The position numbers and the translations under genes were made by a program. 64,000 nt of DNA, from NCBI GenBank assembly GCA_010909165.1, contig VJWM01000202.1, positions 248,001 through 312,000 of the forward strand, given 5' to 3'. This DNA is from Anthoceros angustus. Lineage: Eukaryota; Plantae; Anthocerotophyta. The notes under the pieces were generated by a model. It searched no databases, had not been told where the DNA came from, and saw only the letters and a program-made list of their open reading frames with translations. Every line of letters begins with the position of its first letter. Position 1 is the first letter of the stretch. Below, in pieces: positions 47,440 to 60,456 of this stretch.

Positions 47440-50400
47440 TATATATACATAATAATTAATCTTTAGTACAAATATTATGATTAAAAATACACTATATTTA
47501 TAACTTTAAAATAATTATAATCATTCAACAATTACAACATCTAGCTTTTAAGCGAATCCAAGCTAGGGCTTCTTGTGCACGATTCTCCGGCTCGGGACGA
47601 GCTATCGGGACCATGATCCCTCCCCATCAATACGAACTCACAGGTCAAATTTTTCTTGCAGGTGCGCCTAACATATACATTCAACCCATACACTACAAAG
47701 TTGAAGAGCCCCTGCAATCAGAGATGTAAGAGGCTATCATACGGGACCGGAGACTGAAAATCACACCAAGGCAGGGTGCTCTTACCATGAGACCTGCTGT
47801 GCCAATGTGAAGGCAATACAGCCAGAACAGCCGTTGATGTGGTTTCACAGAATCATGAATTCGGTTGATAGTTCCATTGAACAGTATAGCTCCCCATAGA
47901 GGTACACAGAATGTGATAGACCGTAGCACCTGGTACCAGAGTTTTGATAGTTGGCATCCATGGTTGCACAGTGGTCCTCCCACACTGCAATTGAAGAAAA
48001 CCACAAAGTTTCCGTGACATTTCCTGTAGTTGTCTCTGTCCTGACCCAACACCAAGCACCAGCCGGTCCATACCCATTTGAGCTGCAAATGCTAATAAAT
48101 TGACCACTGCACTAGGAAAGATATGAAGATCACCACTAGCCTGTCCAAACTTGAAATTGCAGTCCTTCTTGGATCACCAATGCATTAGGCCACTCCCAAA
48201 TGCATCTTCCAGTGCCTGAACGGCACACAAGAGAACCTTTAGATGGTCCAGAAAACTATACAGTATGGCAGATTGTCGCAGTAACATATGTCAGTCAGTG
48301 CAGGGATGACTACACCTAGCTGACATGCCGAGAATGAACAGGAGCGTACCAACTGAAGTTCAAACCGTGGGTTTCAGGACTTCCATGTCAGCTAGATTGT
48401 CTGCAAGGTAACGCCATTCTCCATTCACAAGATGGGCAATTAATGCAAACATGGCAGCCTGATGCTTCTTCTCCATGCGACAAAGCAGGCTAAAGTCCAA
48501 GTACCTGTACCAGCTAGCTAACAGTCGATGAAAATCCAGTGTGACAAGATTCAGCACGCCTCATTTTGCCACCTACCATCGGCACGAGATGTCGCTTTGC
48601 TTCATTCTGATCCTCAACACTAGCCTGCTGACCACTCGACGATGCCCTCTGCAATTAGTTGCATGTCCCCAGGTCGTATATATACATAATAATTAATCTT
48701 TAGTACAAATATGATTAAAAATACACTATATTTATAACTTTAAAATAATTATAATCATTCAACAATTACAACATCTAGCTTTTAAGCGAATCAAGCTAGG
48801 GCTTCTTGTGCACGATTCTCCTGGCTCGGGACGAGCTACTCGGGACCATGATCCCTCCCCATCAATACGAACTCACAGGTCAAATTTTTCTTGCAGGGTG
48901 CGCCTAACATATACATTCAACCCATACACTACAAAGTTGAAGAGCCCCTGCAATCAGACGGATGTAAGAGGCTATCATACGGGACCGGAGACTGAAAATC
49001 ACACCAAGGCAGGGTGCTCTTACCATGAGACCACAGCTGTGCCAATGTGAAGGCAATACAGCCAGAACAGCCGTTGATGTGGTTTCACAGAATCATGAAT
49101 TCGGTTGATAGTTCCATTGAACAGTATAGCTCCCCATAGAGAGGTACACAGAATGTGATAGACCGTAGCACCTGGTACCAGAGTTTTGATAGTTGGCATC
49201 CATGGTTGCACAGTGGTCCTCCCACACTGCAATTGAAGAAAACCACAAAGTTTCCATACTTCCTGTAGTTGTCTCTGTCCTGACCCAACACCAAGCACCA
49301 GCCGGTCCATACCCATTTGAGCTGCAAATGCTAATAAATTGACCACTGCACTGGAAAGATATGAAGATCACCACTAGCCTGTCCAAACTTGAAATTCGGC
49401 AGTCCTTCTTGGATCACCAATGCATTAGGGCCACTCCAAATGCATCTTCCAGTGCCTGAACGTGCACAAGAGAACCTTTAGATGGTCCAGAAAACTATAC
49501 AGTATGGCAGATTGTCGCAGTAACATATGTCAGTCAGTGCAGGGATGACTACACCTAGCTGACATGCCGAGAATGAACAGGAGCGTACCAACTGAAGTTC
49601 AAACCGGTGGGTTTCAGGACTTCCATGTCAGCTAGATTGTCTGCAAGGTAACGCCATTCTCCATTCACAAGATGGGCAATTAATGCAAACATGGCAGCCT
49701 GATGCTTCTTCCCGTGACAAAGCAGGCTAAAGTCCAAGTACCTGTACCAGCTAGCTAACAGTCGATGAAATCCAGTCGATGACAAGATTCAGCACGCTCT
49801 CACTTTGCCACCTACCATCGGCACGAGATGTCGCTTTGCTTCATTCTGATCCTCAACACTAGCCTGCTGACCACTCGACGAATGCCCCTCTGCAATTAGT
49901 TGCATGTCCCCAGGTCGTATATATACATAATAATTAATCTTTAGTACAAATATTATGATTAAAAATACACTATATTTATAACTTTAAAATAATTATAATC
50001 ATTCAACAATTACAACATCTAGCTTTTAAGCGAATCCAAGCTAAGGGCTTCTTGTGCACGATTCTCCCGGCTCGGGACGAGCTACTCAGGACCATGATCC
50101 CTCCCCATCAATACGAACTCACAGGTCAAATTTTTCTTGCAGGGTGCGCCTAACATATACATTCAACCCATACACTACAAAGTTGAAGGCCCCTGCAATC
50201 AGACGGATGTAAGAGGCTATCATACGGGACCGGAGACTGAAAATCACACCAAGGCAGGGTGCTCTTACCATGAGACCTGCTGTGCCAATGTGAAGGCAAT
50301 ACAGCCAGAACAGCCGTTGATGTGGTTTCACAGAATCATGAATTCGGTTGATAGTTCCATTGAACAGTATAGCTCCCCATAGAGAGGTACACAGAATGTG

Positions 50401-51164
50401 ATAGACCGTAGCACCTGGTACCAGAGTTTTGATAGTTGGCATCCATGGTTGCACAGTGGTCCTCCCACACTGCAATTGAAGAAAACCACAAAGTTTCCAC
50501 ATTTCCTGTAGTTGTCTCTGTCCTGACCCAACACCAAGCACCAGCCGGTCCATACCCATTTGAGCTGCAAATGCTAATAAATTGACCACTGCACTGGGAA
50601 AGATATGAAGATCACCACTAGCCTGTCCAAACTTGAAATTCAGCAGTCCTTCTTGGATCACCATGCATTAGGCCACTCCCAAATGCATCTTCCAGTGCCT
50701 GAACGTGCACACAAAAGAACCTTTAGATGGTCCAGAAAACTATACAGTATGGCAGATTGTCGCAGTAACATATGTCAGTCAGTGCAGGGATGACTACACC
50801 TAGCTGACATGCCGAGAATGAACAGGAGCGTACCAACTGAAGTTCAAACCGGTGGGTTTCAGGACTTCCATGTCAGCTAGATTGTCTGCAAGGTAACGCC
50901 ATTCTCCACTCACAAGATGGGCAATTAATGCAAACATGGCAGCCTGATGCTTTCTCCATGTGACAAAGCAGGCTGAAAGTCCAAGTACCTGTACCAGCTA
51001 GCTAACAGTCGATGAAATCCAGTGTATTATAAGATTCAGCACGCTCTCATTTTGCCACCTACCATCGGCACGAGATGTCGCTTTGCTTCATTCTGATCCT
51101 CAACACTAGCCTGCTGACCACTCGACGAATGCCCCTCTGCAATTAGTTGCATGTCCCCAGGTCG
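47440..51164. repeat. Tandem triplication of a ~1.24-kb unit (47440-48676, 48677-49917, 49918-51164)
   Basis: The junction CCCCAGGTCG|TATATA occurs twice; the TCG microhomology is shared with ATATCG|TATAT and GGTCG|ATGACC. Confidence 0.95.
50119..50760 (-). pseudogene. GCR1: Captured GCR1 (plant 7TM receptor) fragment, internally deleted; further copies at approx 47640-48280 and 48870-49510
   Basis: GAWCWVR, VLRSITFCVPLWGAILFNG|TINRIHDSVKPHQRLFWLYCLHIGTAGLM, an intron, then GAFNFVVYGLNVYVRRTLQEK. These match the GCR1 motifs TFYAPLWGAILYNG, GTINRIHD and GLFNSIAYG. Confidence 0.85.
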
Positions 51165-51490
51165 ATGACCTTGCACCCATTCCATAGTCAGGACCCTCTT
51201 GGTAGTCGTAGGAGGCAGGGTACGAGGAACCACGATGTACTTCAAGTGAGCACGTGCTTCCTACAAGGAAAAACCACCAATTGTGATCCAATCAACCAGA
51301 GACCAAGCAATAAAGCTGCCAGAAGGACGGCTACATGTAGCTCTGGAGCAACTGCTGCTTGGACAATCCAAAAACTTCACGAGAAAACAGTTCGATCCAT
51401 ACTCAAAATTCTTCCACATTTGTGGCCTCGACGTTGTAGTCAAGCTCCCATGCAGACCCCGTCCAAGCTCATCAGCCAAACCTAACCCTG
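50800..51490 (-). pseudogene. ABC1K: Captured ABC1/UbiB atypical kinase fragment with introns; partial copies at approx 48320-48676 and 49555-49917
   Basis: ADELGRGL.GELDYNVEATN, YIVVPRT..KRVLTMEWVQG, EAKRHLVPMV, YLDFSLLCRMEKKHQAAMFALIAHLVNGEW. Confidence 0.85.
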
Positions 51491-52129
51491 CCGCAACAAA
51501 ACCACCGCCAATTCAACAAACAGGACGAACACCAAAATGATCTTACAAAACAGAACAACAAAGCCGCACGCATCATCCTTTCAGAATGAAGCCAGTCTCG
51601 GCAAGTAAACTCCGTCGGACAGCACCAGCCGAAAGCGCTCCTGCGAGGTGGAATTGCTCCCGATCGCCTTGATGTCAATCACCGGTGCCGCCATCGCCGA
51701 TCTTGCCGCACCTGGCCGAGATTTCTCCCTATGCTGCTACCCTTGCTGGAGTCCGACCCGGCGGCGCTCACCGCAGCCGAGCAATATGTGTTCATACACT
51801 GAAATCTGCAATCATACAGTGTACATGGCAACGCAGCCAGCATGCCCCCCCTTCCCTCCCGCAATTCCCAAACCCCATCCCAAAGCCTACCCGGGAATCC
51901 AAATCCGTAGCAGTGAAACATCTATCACAGGCAAGTACCTTGTGATTACATTTGAAACGACCACACAACAACCAGCATGGCACCTAGTGCCAGCAGTGGA
52001 CTTGCCATCTAAACCTCCAAAAGAACATTTAGGAAGCCTTCCAGGACTGTAAAAGAACATTTAGGAAGCCTTCCAGGACTGTAAAAGAATACACGTTCAA
52101 TCTGGCAGTTTATCATGTTTTACGATTCT

Positions 52130-53470
52130 ACACGAATAGTGATCTTCGTTAGACTCGGCATCCAAGCGATGATCTTTTCTTCCAGGGCATCCATATCCTC
52201 ACGATGTTCTTCCATTTGTGTTGGTATGAGAGTCTTCCCCTCCATCGCCAGGTCCAACTACAAGGAAACAACAATAACATCAGCTACTACCAGTTATCAT
52301 TTAAAACAACAGGGAGGAAAGTTATCGCATAGAACTGAACAACATGGAGGCACCTTACCACATAAAACAGAAACTTTGCTTGATCCATGTTCATTTCTAT
52401 GACATCGTCGGCGGAGAAGTGCATGGCTGCTCTTAAGGCAGCAATAACTGCATCTGAGCCCCAGGGGTCCAACACACCTGTATCAGCATCCAAAACTTCC
52501 CTCCAACTATCATCTGCTCTAAGATCAGCCAGTTTTTCTCTCCAATACTGCAAATTTTCGTCCTTAGCAGGTTTCGGACATTCCAGCTGCTGATAGAAGG
52601 TGGTCCTCAAAAGCTTTGTGAAAAAAGACCGCTTGCTCCTAGTGGCGTCAAGGACTTTCCTCCTTAACGCTCCTCTCCAGTTCTTATCAAACTCTGATTG
52701 GTCGCTCTCGGTTACTCCAAACGCAAGAATTAATGCTTGCTTGAGGCAAGCCTCACTTGGATAAAAAGTCTTCTCCAACATGATGTCAGTCAGAATGTTG
52801 GAAAGTACCTCAGCAAAAACCTTGTTAGTCATATACTCCGGCTTCGCTAGAGGGGAAGCCTTTAATGCTAATTCAGCAGTTCGTTGTAAAGCTTGCATCA
52901 TCGAATTCTGCTTCTTCAGCTCATCCCGCAACATTGCAATTTCAATTCGGTCAACATTTGTGGTAATTACCTCCTTCTCCTTTGCCTTGTGATGCTTCCG
53001 ACTCTCAGATCTATAACTACCATTCTCCAACGTCTCCGCATCCTTTCCGTATCTCCGAGAGAAGGAAGTTGGCCGATATGCCACCTGCTGCTTCCTTCCT
53101 CCATAAAAGACTTCTCCAGTGAAATCGTTCACTATTCTATTCGACTCTTTCAAAGGAAAGAGATCTTGCACATGCTTTGTTTGTGAAGGAGGACTCGGAT
53201 CCTTCCGAGAAGATCCAATCGGCTGAGTAAGGGGATCAGGCCGATCTTCGGCTTGCTGCTTCCTTCCTACAGGACCGGCTTCTTTTGCAGAATTCGATGA
53301 CCGTCCAACTTGTTGTTCCCTTGTTCGATTCGCATCTTTCGAGGGAGAGAGATGAACGGTCTCCGAAGCTTGCTCCTCTCCCCTGCTCGAGTCCTTCATT
53401 TTCTTGCTTGGTGGACCAGACGCAACAGGTGGCAATCCAGGCTTCCTTCGACTTCCTCTCTGCATATCTG
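52130..53470 (-). CDS. Plavaka accessory protein (low-complexity N-terminus, coiled coil, helical C-terminal domain), spliced
   Basis: Long open frame 52287-53534 with an acceptor near 53470 and donor FYV|gtaag near 52350, plus a short terminal exon at approx 52130-52240. Same strand as the transposase, inside the TIRs. Confidence 0.65.
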
Positions 53471-53899
53471 TGAAGGCGGAAAAGGACATAAGATCATTAC
53501 AAGATGTAGCACGAGGACATTTACAGGAAATCAAATGTGAGACATACCGGAAAATTTATAACGCAACAAGGCGCAACACACCGGCGTCAGCTGGCGGATC
53601 AATTCGCACGAAATGATGTTCAGCCGGCTGCACGCCGCTGAACACCAACACGCTGTAGCAGATGTCCACACGCCGTAGCAGACTGACTGCAGCTGTCCAG
53701 TCGATTGGTTAGAAACTGCGCTCAAACGCTAAGGCAGAATGGACAGGGAAACAGAAAATTGTCACGGGAAAACTTCATTAAGGTAGGGTAATGCAATTTC
53801 ATGCACCCCTGCCCGAACTACCCCTGCCCCCGGCGTTGATCCTTAACAAAATAGATGTGCAAAACGAATCCACAAAGCACAAGAAAGCATACCCATGCT

Positions 53900-54290
53900 C
53901 CTTTTGAGAGATAACAACTTCCATTCACGAGAATGACTGAGAAGGTTTGCAAACCGACGCAGTCCCACATGCCTGCCTGAGCATAAAAGGTTCCCATGAG
54001 CACAAAGGCGGAAGGGTGTTGTGGTTCCAGAGCCCTTGCGCAATTGAACATACACCTTCCCAGCTGCACATTGTTATGTTTCCAGCAAGCATTGCTGGAA
54101 GCAGGTGCTTTTCTAAAGCAAGCAGGTGCTTTTCTAAAGCATTTCACCTTAACAATGACATCTCCGAATTGTTATACACAGCTGAGACACTTTCATGATG
54201 AATGCAAGTCAGGCCCACCAATTAACCATTGTCATGGGAACTTACAACAAACCAATCCCAATGCAGACCAAGGGTGGTAACCTAGATCAA
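53900..54290 (-). pseudogene. PPR (PLS-E class) C-terminal fragment
   Basis: ACWKHNNVQLGRCMFNCARALEPQHPSAFVLMGTFYAQAGMWD is an E-motif. Confidence 0.8.
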
Positions 54291-54301
54291 ACCTGTCCAC
54301 A

Positions 54302-57300
54302 TCAAAATTTATACTTGTTTATGAACCACCTATTTCTAGCATTCCAATTTGGCACGAGGTGATGTGCCCTAAGAATGCTGGCTGTCTCCACTACTAAATA
54401 TCCAGTGCATCCACGAGTAGCATCAGCCCATGCTAATTCCTTACACTTTGACAATCTACTTAATGATGAAGCTGGTAACTCCTTGTACAGTTTCACAAAA
54501 GCTAAATCAAGTTTAGAGGCTGATCTATCTTCATCTTCCACATCCAGTTGAAATAGTAGACGTAACTGCCCATACCAGGTTTGCTCTAGTTGAGCTTCTC
54601 CCTCCATTTGGATACTGACATCAGAATACCATGGCCTTCTATGGAAATTGTACGTTGCACGGAGGTACATTGGCCAATCCCCTAATCTATCTCCAGGGCC
54701 AGCAGCAACAGCAAGAGCTCCCTTGGTCATCAACGCTCTCCCCTACAAGTACATGTTGTCACCAAAAGGATCACTTATTATACCAGCTTGTCCTCGCAAC
54801 AACAAAAATATTGCAAACTGCTGAATGTAGTAAACTATGAACAAACCTGTTGACGGGTTAAATGCCAGTCATTGAGATAAATCTGAACTTGCGACACCAA
54901 ATGTTGTTGAAGCTCAGGTTGGGCTTCAAATAAGCGGGCAACCTGCACAGGCAAGTTGACAGTTGTACTTGCTAATAGCCATTTCCATTTGATGCGTACA
55001 CTATGCCCACAAAGCTTTCTTTTCCCCGTTCGCACTGCCTACAAACATTTAAACAAAAAAAGGTCAAAACTTGGGGAAGAGTCTGCAATACGCATGTACA
55101 GAAAGCTAACTAACCGGAAGCTCAAAGCCATGCCAAGATGTTTCAGCCTCAACTTAAACTAGTACCTCATCCAAAGGGGTGACCCTCTCAACTTTAGGCT
55201 CAAAGCCTTCCATGTTTTCTGCCTCGCTTCTTAATGCCTCCAACCGTTTATGATGTTGCACAATCTGATCAGTAAATCTTCGCCTATTGCTCGCGCGATA
55301 TGGCATCTTCATGAGCATAATATGCATGTGTTCATACATATTTGCACTGTACTCCCATGGTAGCCCGGAGCGTCGAATGCAATCTGAAAAGTGTGTCATT
55401 GCATGCACTTTGACAGTATCAAAGTTTGATGCTTGAAAACCGCCCAAAATACTCTTCATGCTGGTGACAGCACTGTGACATTGACATGGCAACAGAACTA
55501 TGTGATATACTCTAGGCTACCAAACTGTCATCAAAAGCCTACTAGGTAGCACAAAATTACTAATGTGATTTTGATTCAGACCTAAAAATGACATCATTGC
55601 AACACAATACAAATGCTGAACAAATATAAAGCTGCAAACTTGTACCTAGACATCTGATCCTCCATTTGTTGTAGCGTCTCTTCATTGTGCACTCCGCTTC
55701 GACAAGCTAGCTTGTACCAATCCAAAAATTTGACAATTACCTGGATAACACCAGGAGAAAAAACTCCAGGCATGCAAAGTACCAACACTTGCATGACTGC
55801 TCTGTGTTCGAAGGCAGCAAAATTTGCATTGGAGATGAAGTAACCATGGCTGTTGTTCCCTGGGATACGAAATGCTGAATATCGATGTTGAGTCTGAAGG
55901 ACCCGCAATCGTTGATCCAGTACCTCAAGAGGCTTTTGCGTTAAGCACAAGCCTGCCGCAGCAACTCCTCGCAAAGCTGCAACCAGCATTTTAGCAAGTC
56001 CCAAGTCTGATTCATGGAGAATCTCAACTTGAATTGCTCGAAAGCAATTACCGAGCTCAGTGTCACCTCCATTAAATCCTAGTAGGGCACACTGAAGGAC
56101 AAGAAGTTCAGGAACCATCACAACTTGATGTAAGAAAAACACTAAACCTATCATTACTCCAGATTTGGTACCTTAACAGGATGAACTGAAGATTCTGAGG
56201 AGAGTCGATTCGCAGCTGCTACCTGCCCAACATCAATCATCTCGGCAAGCTGATTCTGCAGAACTATCATACTTGCTTCGGTCCGCCATTCATGCTTCAA
56301 ATCGACTCTACTCAAAAGATTTCGGGGACACAAACAAACGCTGCAAGGGAAAGCACATTTATTTGTGTCGAATGTGCAACTGACCTGCAAAAACATCACT
56401 CCTTCAATCATATATACAACATGAAAAAGAAAGTATTGCAGGCATGAAAACTGTGATCACATCAGTACTAGTAGCCAGTCTTGAGGATAATAGAATTTAC
56501 TTTGCATCCTTCAGGATGATCTGCTATGTAAGAATAGAGCATAGGGAAAACCCACTGGTGACAACCAAATGGATCCTTCAAGTGCAATCCTTTAAAACTC
56601 GCCTCCTTCAGTGGTTGCAGTATCAGCTCCAAACATTGCTGAAAAATCTCCAGTTTCTTCAATCTTGAATTGGAAGCATGGAGAACCACAGGATCATTAC
56701 TACCAATTGTTGGCAAAATCGCTAGAAGCGCATGTCCATGCTCCAAAGACCTCGTCGCACATGCAATATTGCCCAATGACATCACAAGCGGATATCCACT
56801 AGTTCTTTGATCATGTGAGAGGCTTGTAGCATCTGAGTACAAAATGATAGGTGCTATTACAGCCCCTTCACAACCTACATGTTCCTGCACCCAGACGAAA
56901 ATAAACGAATTTAATATGAGCATGCAGCATACTCATAGACTTCATAATGATCTCAAAGTACCTCCATTTTTCGCCACCACAAACCGGTTTGCGCAGTTGT
57001 GTACTCTTCAGTTCCGGAAACCTCTGGTTTCAACACAAATTCCCTCCTATTCTTTCGTGCCGAAAAGAGCTTTCCAAGAACACCAACTGGATCTCTGTAC
57101 CTTAGTTTTAGGTCACTTTCTCCTGGACAAACTAGAACTTCCTTCCACTCGTATCCATCTTCTGTTTTAACTTGGGATGTGCGGATCAACTCTTTCTCGT
57201 AAGCCTTAAACTCTTGAAAACTCCTATACCTCAATTCTTCCAATCTAAACGAAGGGTGAAATAGCATAGCAAACAACGAGGTAATATCCTTTTGTGATAG

Positions 57301-57768
57301 CCCTGCAGAGTTCCTGCAATGCCGAATAAAGTGAGCAAGATGAAAGCTAGAATCAAAATCCTTGGTCTGCCCCATCCATATGTCTTCGTTGCCAGTGCCT
57401 CCACAGCTGGTACTACCACTCCTATTGCCATCTGACTCACCTCCAGAGCTAGTACTACCACTCCTATTGCCATCTGACTCACCTCCAGAGCTCGTATTAC
57501 GATGCCTACCACCATCCGACTCGCCTGTAGAGTTGCTAGTACCACCACTTCTATTGCCATCTGATTCTTGAGTATCAACCTGCATCTGATCATCTTCTGC
57601 ACCTTGCCAATCATCCAAGCTTGCCCCTCGAGGAGAAGCTGGGATAGGACTGGTCCTTTGAGCAGCTTTTTGTAAACGTCGACACCTTGAATTTCTGCTC
57701 TGATGGCTGCCTAGACTTCCTCGATGGACAAATCCTGTTGCCCCACAATACTCACAATCAAATGCCAT
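54302..57768 (-). CDS. Plavaka transposase, about 7 exons
   Basis: N-terminal CEYCG..HQ zinc finger, LRYRDPVG..TGLWW, PIILYSDATS..GYPLVMSLGNI, YIADHPEGCK, FPCSVC, ILHESDLG, KVHAMTHFSDCIRRSG..YEHMH, and C-terminal WYGQLRLLF..LAFVKLY..SILRAHHLVP. Exon ends largely GT-AG. Confidence 0.9.
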
Positions 57769-58044
57769 CTTGGATGGGCCAAGATGGATAAGCCTTAACC
57801 TTGGATGAGTGCAGGATCGGAAATGGCCCTCGTTACTGCTGTTACGGTGAGCACGTTATGTCAGCAGGGGAAGCTTTTTGAGGTCGTTCAAGACCTAGAA
57901 TCTTGTCAGCAGGGGAAGCTTTTTGAGGTCATTCAAGACCTAGAATCTCTGGCGCAGACAGAGTCTGCCATTTCCTAGTCTCTAATGTACACTGTGCTGA
58001 AACTGTGTAGCAGCTAAGAAGGATTTGGTTGTGGGGCATCGAGT

Positions 58045-59220
58045 TCATGATATCACTGCCAAACTTGGGCAGGAGTCGAGTGCCTTCTCGGGAACCATAT
58101 CTTGCGCATGAATGCATGCGAAGGTAGGCTGCAGGAGACCATGGACGTGTTCACCAGGGTGGGCGAACCAAACGTCTTCATGTGGTTTTCCGTAATCTCT
58201 GCACATGCCAAGCACGGAAAACCGAAGGAGGCCATACAACTCTACCACGACAAGTGTATGTAGGTCCGAGGTGAAGGTGAATGGTCACGTCTTTGTAGCT
58301 GCCCTTCAGGCTTGCGCACTTGCCGCCGACTTGGAATCTGGTAGACGATGGTCTCCACATTCCGCCTCCTCCCGCACTTTCCATTGTGAAACCCAACCGT
58401 GAGCTATGCCGATGCAAGCGACGCCAAGCCCAGCAACAGGAGGATCGTGAAGCAAGTCCATCTCACCTTGCTCCTGCGCAGCAAAACCAGGAGTGAGAAT
58501 CGTGGATCACTCCAAGCCCCACTAGAAGAAGAGAGACACAGTAGAGAGCTTCGCAAAACTTACGAGACGGATGCAGTCGCGTGCAGCTAGGGCAGGAACG
58601 TCCGCGCAGGACACAAGCCCAGGGCACTTACTTTCGCCAGACGCTTTGATCGTGTCAATCACGTCGAATCCCAGAGCAAGTTTTGTTGGGAAGAGCGTCC
58701 TTCTCACTGTCAGCAGTATCCAGGAGGACGGAGGCATCGCACCCCTACACGAAATTGTGTGCGGCAGGCGAGACTGATTAGGATTACTGTACACGAGCAT
58801 CATGCCTACAATCTGCTCGCAATCCAGACTGATTCGCCAGCGGCTCACCTGGACGAAGCAGTGGTGGAAGTGGTGCCGAATCAAAGAAGCACAGATCGTT
58901 CAGTCGGCCAGGTACGCCTTCTTCACCCCCTGCCAGCAAGGGCTTGGACATGAGGCGCTTGTTCTGCATGGACAAATGGAGCAGGAGGGCCTCAATTTGA
59001 CAAACAATTTTACTTTTGCTTGCCTTCTCAATGCAACCACTGGTGCCATATAGAGGGGCAGGCAGGTGCACTCAGAGACTGTCAAAAGAGGACTGCTGGA
59101 AAATGTCGTGTTGGGCAACTGTCTGGTGGACATGTATGCCTTTTACTTGCCTTCTGAAGGCCTGTGCAACCACTGGTGCGATACAGAGGGGCAGGAACCC
59201 CTACGATGAGGTGAGCGGGA
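58045..59220 (+). pseudogene. PPR repeat fragments (approx 58045-58400 and 58890-59220) split by a peroxidase fragment
   Basis: NVFMWFSVISAHAKHGKPKEAIQLY, VNGHVFVAALQACA, QGLGHEALVLHGQMEQEG..FTFACLL, GRQVHSE..NVVLGNCLVDMYA. Confidence 0.8.
58564..58890 (-). pseudogene. Class III peroxidase fragment (end of exon 1, intron 1, exon 2)
   Basis: ASLIRHHFHHCFVQ|gtgag (58848) ... tag|GCDASVLLD..EKDALPN..GFDVIDTIKASGESKCPGLVSCADVPALAARD|gtaag (58563), with the canonical PRX intron positions. Confidence 0.9.
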
Positions 59221-60456
59221 GCCCCTTGGTAAAAATCCTTGTACGCACACCAATCTGTTAGGTGCCCTTGAACCCTCCTGCCGGAGTTCGAGAAGCGAGG
59301 AGTCATGGAGCTGAGTTTCCGGGAAGTGAGCGCGCTGCCTACAAGGAAGCTTTATAACATTACTTATCGAATACCATATAAATTCAATATAATAAAATAT
59401 AATACCTACATGTAAATCACGTCAGATTCCTATTATTTAAGTATAAAATGATAAAATAATTATTATTATATAATTTTAATAACATCATAAATATAATATT
59501 TTTATACATATATTTATCGATATCTTATAATATTCACGTTAAACCGTGGCAAACACTCATTGCCTAGCCATAAAAACATTAGAAGATCGATACATCCTCA
59601 ATATCTATATTACATCTAGAGAAATTTGATGATCATATATATATATAGAATATCAATAATATTTATAAGATATCTAAAAAATATAAATATAAATATAAAT
59701 ACTATAAATATTAATAAACAGTATACTATATACATATAAAATATTATAGGACAACATGTGTAACTTCCATATGAAAAATACTCTATATTAAAAATATAAT
59801 CATACGTATTTTATCTTGATAATATGGATAAAATAATTGTATGAAAAAAATTATGATTACCTTATAACAAACACGTCTCAAGAAGAATGTTATTTCATGT
59901 AAGAACCTTAAAACATCCATAGAGGTATGAACATATGGTAAATACTTGGATTAAAAAGAAAAATTTTATTAACCCTATATCAGAAAAATTATCATGTTAG
60001 TATGAACTATATGCATATACAAGCCATGTGAATTTTGATATCTTAATCTAAGAGCAAAACTTATACATCAAAATATATGCGATGTATACTTTTACACATA
60101 TATAATATTCAATATACTAATATTCAGTTACTCATTGTTACTTGTGACATGCATATGGACTCCATATAAAATGTTACTATATGTAAACTACATGATACCA
60201 TCACATAATATGATATCAGACTCATATAAAACACATCATGACTTAAGAAGTGTATTTATGCATGCAATTCATATTATCGCATACAAATGCCATATCCTAT
60301 AAATATAGAGTCATTATAAAATAATCTCACATTAGAACTATAGGAAAAGTATATTATAATTATAAACTCAAATAATATGGAGATTGTATGTTTTTAATAT
60401 ACTGTGGATTCCATATGGTCACGGTATGAAAAACGTGGCCCTTCAATTTTGTGATG

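Larger units (their letters stand above)
46550..60456 (-). mobile_element. Plavaka-type (CMC/EnSpm-related) DNA transposon, 13,907 bp, with captured host gene fragments
   Basis: Perfect 10-bp TIR CATCACAAAA (46550-46559 / 60447-60456), extending to 34/46 ungapped matches. TT duplication at 46548-49 / 60457-58; removing the element restores integrase AAG GTA CTT CGC ACG GAT AAT GGT (KVLRTDNG). AT-rich subtermini; internal Plavaka transposase. Confidence 0.92.

Noticed and set aside
47390-47445. (TA)n microsatellite as a Helitron or element boundary
   Set aside because: Lies inside the Plavaka subterminal AT-rich region; no TC..CTRR hairpin terminus.
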